DNA of 64,000 bases from an uncultured Sphingomonadaceae bacterium. Lineage in GTDB: Bacteria; Pseudomonadota; Alphaproteobacteria; Sphingomonadales; Sphingomonadaceae. The DNA is taken from positions 263-64,262 of the forward strand of contig CAXTPE010000001.1 in the NCBI GenBank assembly GCA_964245925.1. The letters run 5' to 3'. Shown here in pieces: positions 58,559 through 64,000 of the stretch. The position numbers and the translations under genes were made by a program. The notes below the pieces were generated by a model, which saw only the letters and a list, made by a program, of their open reading frames with translations, was not told where the DNA came from and did no database searches. Within the stretch, counting starts at the first letter, position 1, and each line of letters starts with the position of its first letter.

Positions 58559-59085
58559 CACCATGTCGCATCCCATGCTATCAGAGCGGCGGTCGGCCTT
58601 TTTGCCTGCTGGGCCAGCCTGTCCATTGCCTCGAGCTTGACGATGTCCTCGTCGACCTCGAGGATCTCGTACGGCACGTCGAGCGCCCGCAGCAGCGGCT
58701 CGACATATCGCCCCGGCGGGTCGGTCATCAGGGTGGAGCGCGAACTGCGATAGCCACGGTAACCGATCATCATCAGGACCGGGATGCTGAGATCGATGCC
58801 GACGGACGTTATCGCGTCGCCGGTTTCCAGAAGTCCCGCGTTCTGATGCATGATGAGCGGCTTCTTGCCCGCCATCCAGAGACCCGCCGCGATCGGAATG
58901 GCCTCTCCTTCCCGGCAGATCATTATCAGCGTGATGCCGGGGTAGGTCGTCAGCAGGCCCTGGAGGATGAACCCCTGCATGAAGTCGGCGAGGTAGATCA
59001 CATGGGTGATGCCGAGCCGCCCGATCGCCTCGACGACCTTGTCGCCCGACAGGCGCGGCGCACCAACCATCGCGGCTTCAGCCAT
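58558..59085 (-). CDS. ThDP decarboxylase N-terminal subunit (ComD-like)
   Basis: CREGEAIPIAAGLW.AGKKP..MHQNAG, IGYRG. Only the 3' part of ORF 58558..60051 is coding. Confidence 0.85.
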   Translation of the reverse strand: MAEAAMVGAPRLSGDKVVEAIGRLGITHVIYLADFMQGFILQGLLTTYPGITLIMICREGEAIPIAAGLWMAGKKPLIMHQNAGLLETGDAITSVGIDLSIPVLMMIGYRGYRSSRSTLMTDPPGRYVEPLLRALDVPYEILEVDEDIVKLEAMDRLAQQAKRPTAALIAWDATW

Positions 59086-59301
59086 TCCCTCGCTCCCTCG
59101 CAGACGACAAGGCAATGGTTCGTGCCGCTTCGAACCATTGCGAGCGGCCAGTCTATGCTGCCGGATGTGGCGCCGCTTGGCCGGGAAGGAACCATTGCTT
59201 GGTCGCGCGGGCAGGCGTGCCGATCCGCGATTGACGCGAGGGCGCGCTTCATCGTTCTCCTCGCCGGCCGACGCGCGAAGATCGGATCGGGGAGGACAGG
59301 G

Positions 59302-61629
59302 ATGACGTGGTTTTCGGGTCGTGCGATCGGCTTTGCGATCGGTGGAGGCATGGTGGCCATGGCGGGCGCCGCGCACGCCCAGCCCGCCGCGACGGCGGCC
59401 GATCCAGGCGGGCAGGTGGCATCGCCGCCGACCGCCGGGGAAGCGGCCGGCGAGGCGGCGCCGGCGGCGCCGGCTGACGACGGCCGGATCCAGGAGATCA
59501 CCGTCACCGCCCGCCGTCGAAACGAGTCCATCCAGACCACGCCGGTCGCCGTGAGCGCCATCTCGCCGTCGATCCTGGCATCCAAGGCCTCCTTCAACAT
59601 CACCGAGCTCCAGGGCGCGGCACCCGGCGTCCTCATCACCCGCCAGGCGACGGGCGCCGCCACCGCGAACATCTCCATCCGCGGCATCGCCTTCGCGGAT
59701 GTCGAGAAGAGCTTCGACCCGGCGGTCGGGATCAACGTCGACGGCGTCTACATCGGGACGTCGACCGGCCAGCTGCTCGACTTCTTCGACATCGCATCGA
59801 TCGAGATCCTGCGCGGGCCGCAGGGCACGTTGTTCGGCCGCAACACGATCGCCGGCGTCATCAACGTGCGCCGTACCCGGCCCACCGGCGAATGGGGCCT
59901 CAAGGCCGAGGCGAGCATCGGAAGCTACGGCCAGATCGGGCTTCGCGGCGCGCTCAACGTGCCCGTGATCGAAGGCCTCCTCGCCGCCAAGCTGTTCGAG
60001 TTCCACCAGGAGAGCGACGGCTTCTACAAGGACAATCGCGGCGGCAAGCATGTCGGCGGCGACAATCAGGAGAATTTCGGCGGCTCGTTCCTGCTCACGC
60101 CGTCGTCCAGCTTCAATGCGCTGCTGACCCTGGAGGAGCAGAAGCAGAGCTTCGATCCCATCGTCGGTTCGCTGATCCGCCCGGGTGACATATTCTGCCC
60201 GCTCGTCGCGCCCGGCGCGTGCGGCGGCAACAGCACCACCGACATCTATACGGCCTATCCCGGCAACACGCCGAGCTTCGGCCGTTATCGCGCTCGCGCG
60301 GCGACGCTCGAGATGAATCTGACCGGCGGTCCGGTCAAGCTGACGTCGGTATCATCCTACCGCGAGAGCAAGGAGGACATCCGCCAGAATTATGCCACCG
60401 CGGGGCTGTATGACGTCGATCGGGCCCAGACCTATCGCCAGTTCAGCGAGGAGCTGCGGGCAAGCGGCAATCTCTTCCCGAAGTTCGACTATGTCGCGGG
60501 CGTGTACTTCTTCGACAGCCGCTACCGCGCGCTTCAGGCGACGAATTTCTTCGGCGCCTTCGCCGGATTGCAGGATACGAAGGGCCGCTCGCGGTCGGAG
60601 GCGGCGTTCGTCGATCTGAACTGGGAATTCCTTCCCAAGCTGCGCCTGTCGGGCGGCGGCCGCTTCACGCATGACAGGAAGAAGCAGATCAGCCCGCTCC
60701 TGATCGGCCCGAACGGCGAGGTTGGCGCCCGTGCGAAGGATTCGTGGAGCAGGTTCACGCCCCGCGTGACCCTGGATTATCGTCCGAACACCGATGTCAT
60801 GGTCTACGCAAGCTGGTCGCGCGGCTATCGCTCGGGCGGGTTCAACGGCCGCGCCGCGACCTATGTCTCGGCGACGACGCCATATGATCCGGAATCGGTC
60901 GACTCCTACGAGGTCGGCTTCAAGAGCGAATTCCTCGATCGGGCGGTCTCGTTCAACGTCGCCGCCTATTATACGGATTACAAGAACATCCAGCAGAGCA
61001 CGACGGTGACGGTCGCGGCGAGCCAGGGCGAGGAGACGATCGTCACCAACGCGGCCGGCGCGCACATCAAGGGCATCGAGGCGGAGCTGACCGCGCGGCC
61101 GATCCAGCGGCTGACGCTCAGCGGGACGGCGGGCTATACGGACGCGCGCTTCCATGGCTTCGTGGTCGACCAGCCGGTCTTCGGCGTGTTGCGCACGTTC
61201 GACTTCTCGAAGGTCGATCTGATCTACGCTCCCAAGCTGACCGCGTCGTTCAACGTCGATTACAAGGTGCCGCTGTCGGAGAAAGCCGATCTGGTGCTGA
61301 ACGCCGGCTATCGCTACGTCACGCGCTACGATCAGCAGATCGCCGCCGATCCGGCCACGCCGATCCCGGCGGCGGGGACGATCGTCGTCCAGCGCAACGA
61401 TCCGCGGCTGCGTTCGGACAGGCAGAACCTCGTCGACGCCAGCGTCGCGGTCACCTTCGCGATGGACGATCGCGGCGCCAAGGCGCGCTTCGCGGTGTTC
61501 GGGCGCAACCTGCTCGACGATCGCGGCCCGGCCACGGGGTTCAACGTGGCCGCCTTCCCGACATTATGGTCGTTCGCGGCGGCGCGGGAACCGCGGGTGA
61601 TCGGGGCGTCGTTCGGCTTCGAGTTCTAG
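59302..61629 (+). CDS. TonB-dependent receptor
   Basis: Signal peptide ending AHA, EITVTARRR, IEILRGPQGTLFGRN, GYRSGGFN, C-terminal FEF. Confidence 0.96.
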   Translation: MTWFSGRAIGFAIGGGMVAMAGAAHAQPAATAADPGGQVASPPTAGEAAGEAAPAAPADDGRIQEITVTARRRNESIQTTPVAVSAISPSILASKASFNITELQGAAPGVLITRQATGAATANISIRGIAFADVEKSFDPAVGINVDGVYIGTSTGQLLDFFDIASIEILRGPQGTLFGRNTIAGVINVRRTRPTGEWGLKAEASIGSYGQIGLRGALNVPVIEGLLAAKLFEFHQESDGFYKDNRGGKHVGGDNQENFGGSFLLTPSSSFNALLTLEEQKQSFDPIVGSLIRPGDIFCPLVAPGACGGNSTTDIYTAYPGNTPSFGRYRARAATLEMNLTGGPVKLTSVSSYRESKEDIRQNYATAGLYDVDRAQTYRQFSEELRASGNLFPKFDYVAGVYFFDSRYRALQATNFFGAFAGLQDTKGRSRSEAAFVDLNWEFLPKLRLSGGGRFTHDRKKQISPLLIGPNGEVGARAKDSWSRFTPRVTLDYRPNTDVMVYASWSRGYRSGGFNGRAATYVSATTPYDPESVDSYEVGFKSEFLDRAVSFNVAAYYTDYKNIQQSTTVTVAASQGEETIVTNAAGAHIKGIEAELTARPIQRLTLSGTAGYTDARFHGFVVDQPVFGVLRTFDFSKVDLIYAPKLTASFNVDYKVPLSEKADLVLNAGYRYVTRYDQQIAADPATPIPAAGTIVVQRNDPRLRSDRQNLVDASVAVTFAMDDRGAKARFAVFGRNLLDDRGPATGFNVAAFPTLWSFAAAREPRVIGASFGFEF

Positions 61630-61645
61630 GAACCCGTTTCCCGAG

Positions 61646-63481
<1,836 letters not shown>

Positions 63482-63631
63482 GCTGGCCGCCACTCCCCTG
63501 GGTCCGCGCCCCGCCCTAGCGCGCGCCGCCGCCTCCTCCTAGCGCCGGCCGCCTTCCCGGGCGATGAACGGCGGATGTCGGATAACCGGATGTACCGAGA
63601 ACCGGACATCCGGCTGGCGCGTTGAGCGGCC

Positions 63632-64000
63632 ATGCAGACACGCATCCAGGACAGGCTGCTCGGCGCGCTCGGCGCGGGGATCGTCGTCGCGCTGTTCGGC
63701 GGTCTGCTGCTGATCGGGCTGAGCGCGCGGATGCAGGCCCGGCGCGAGCAGTCGCTGACGCTCGTCGAGCTTCGGCCACCACCGCCGCCGACGCGGCCGA
63801 AACCGCCGGTCGAGCGGCCGCGGCCGAGGAAAGCCTCCGGCCGTGCGTCGCCGCGCAACCTCCGCGACAAGGCGACCGATATCGTCGCTCCGCCAGTACC
63901 GATACCGCCACCGACACCCATGATCGCGGCCATGACGCCCGGCATCGGGAGCGGGGCCGCCACCGGCGCATCCGATCTGCCCGGCCCCGGCGAAGGCGCC
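63632..64000 (+). CDS. Probable energy transducer TonB, 3' end outside window
   Basis: MQTRIQDRLLGALGAGIVVALFGGLLLIGL (TM helix), then a Pro-rich linker and Gly-rich segment. Open to the window edge. Confidence 0.7.
   Translation, partial: MQTRIQDRLLGALGAGIVVALFGGLLLIGLSARMQARREQSLTLVELRPPPPPTRPKPPVERPRPRKASGRASPRNLRDKATDIVAPPVPIPPPTPMIAAMTPGIGSGAATGASDLPGPGEGA

Noticed and set aside
57944-59085. Phosphonate or coenzyme M biosynthesis cluster
   Set aside because: No PEP mutase (EDK...NS motif) or other com genes nearby.

Overview
High-GC alphaproteobacterial DNA, most likely a sphingomonad (inferred from gene set, synteny and repeat types). The window has three parts. (1) About 1-10.5 kb is core genome: a PLP aminotransferase, hom, glpX, an S46 peptidase, tRNA-Val(GAC), cpdR, N-formylglutamate amidohydrolase, a probable SuhB/MmgR sRNA, a SapC protein and an FAD oxidoreductase, with several short intergenic repeats. 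(2) About 11-61.6 kb is accessory catabolic DNA. It begins with an Lrp-linked AceE/MdeB-like 2-oxoacid dehydrogenase. Roughly 40 further genes follow for uptake and oxidation of a probably hydrophobic or cyclic compound: two TonB receptors, P450 plus ferredoxin, a Rieske oxygenase, two flavin monooxygenases, a quinohemoprotein dehydrogenase, an epoxide hydrolase, CoA ligases, paired acyl-CoA dehydrogenases, Cys-less thiolase-like proteins with OB-fold partners, SDRs, and EthD, SnoaL and VOC proteins. (3) glmS and a partial TonB protein close the window. The strongest unexplained signals are a palindrome TCAACRYNNRYGTTGA seen nine times, always intergenic, between 16.9 and 52.5 kb (a candidate regulon of the local TetR), and a luciferase-free LuxE/LuxC pair coupled to a split ComD/ComE-like ThDP decarboxylase, an AraC regulator and a Zn alcohol dehydrogenase. 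No CRISPR, rRNA, integrase or transposase was seen. All product calls come from motif recognition by eye, not database searches.
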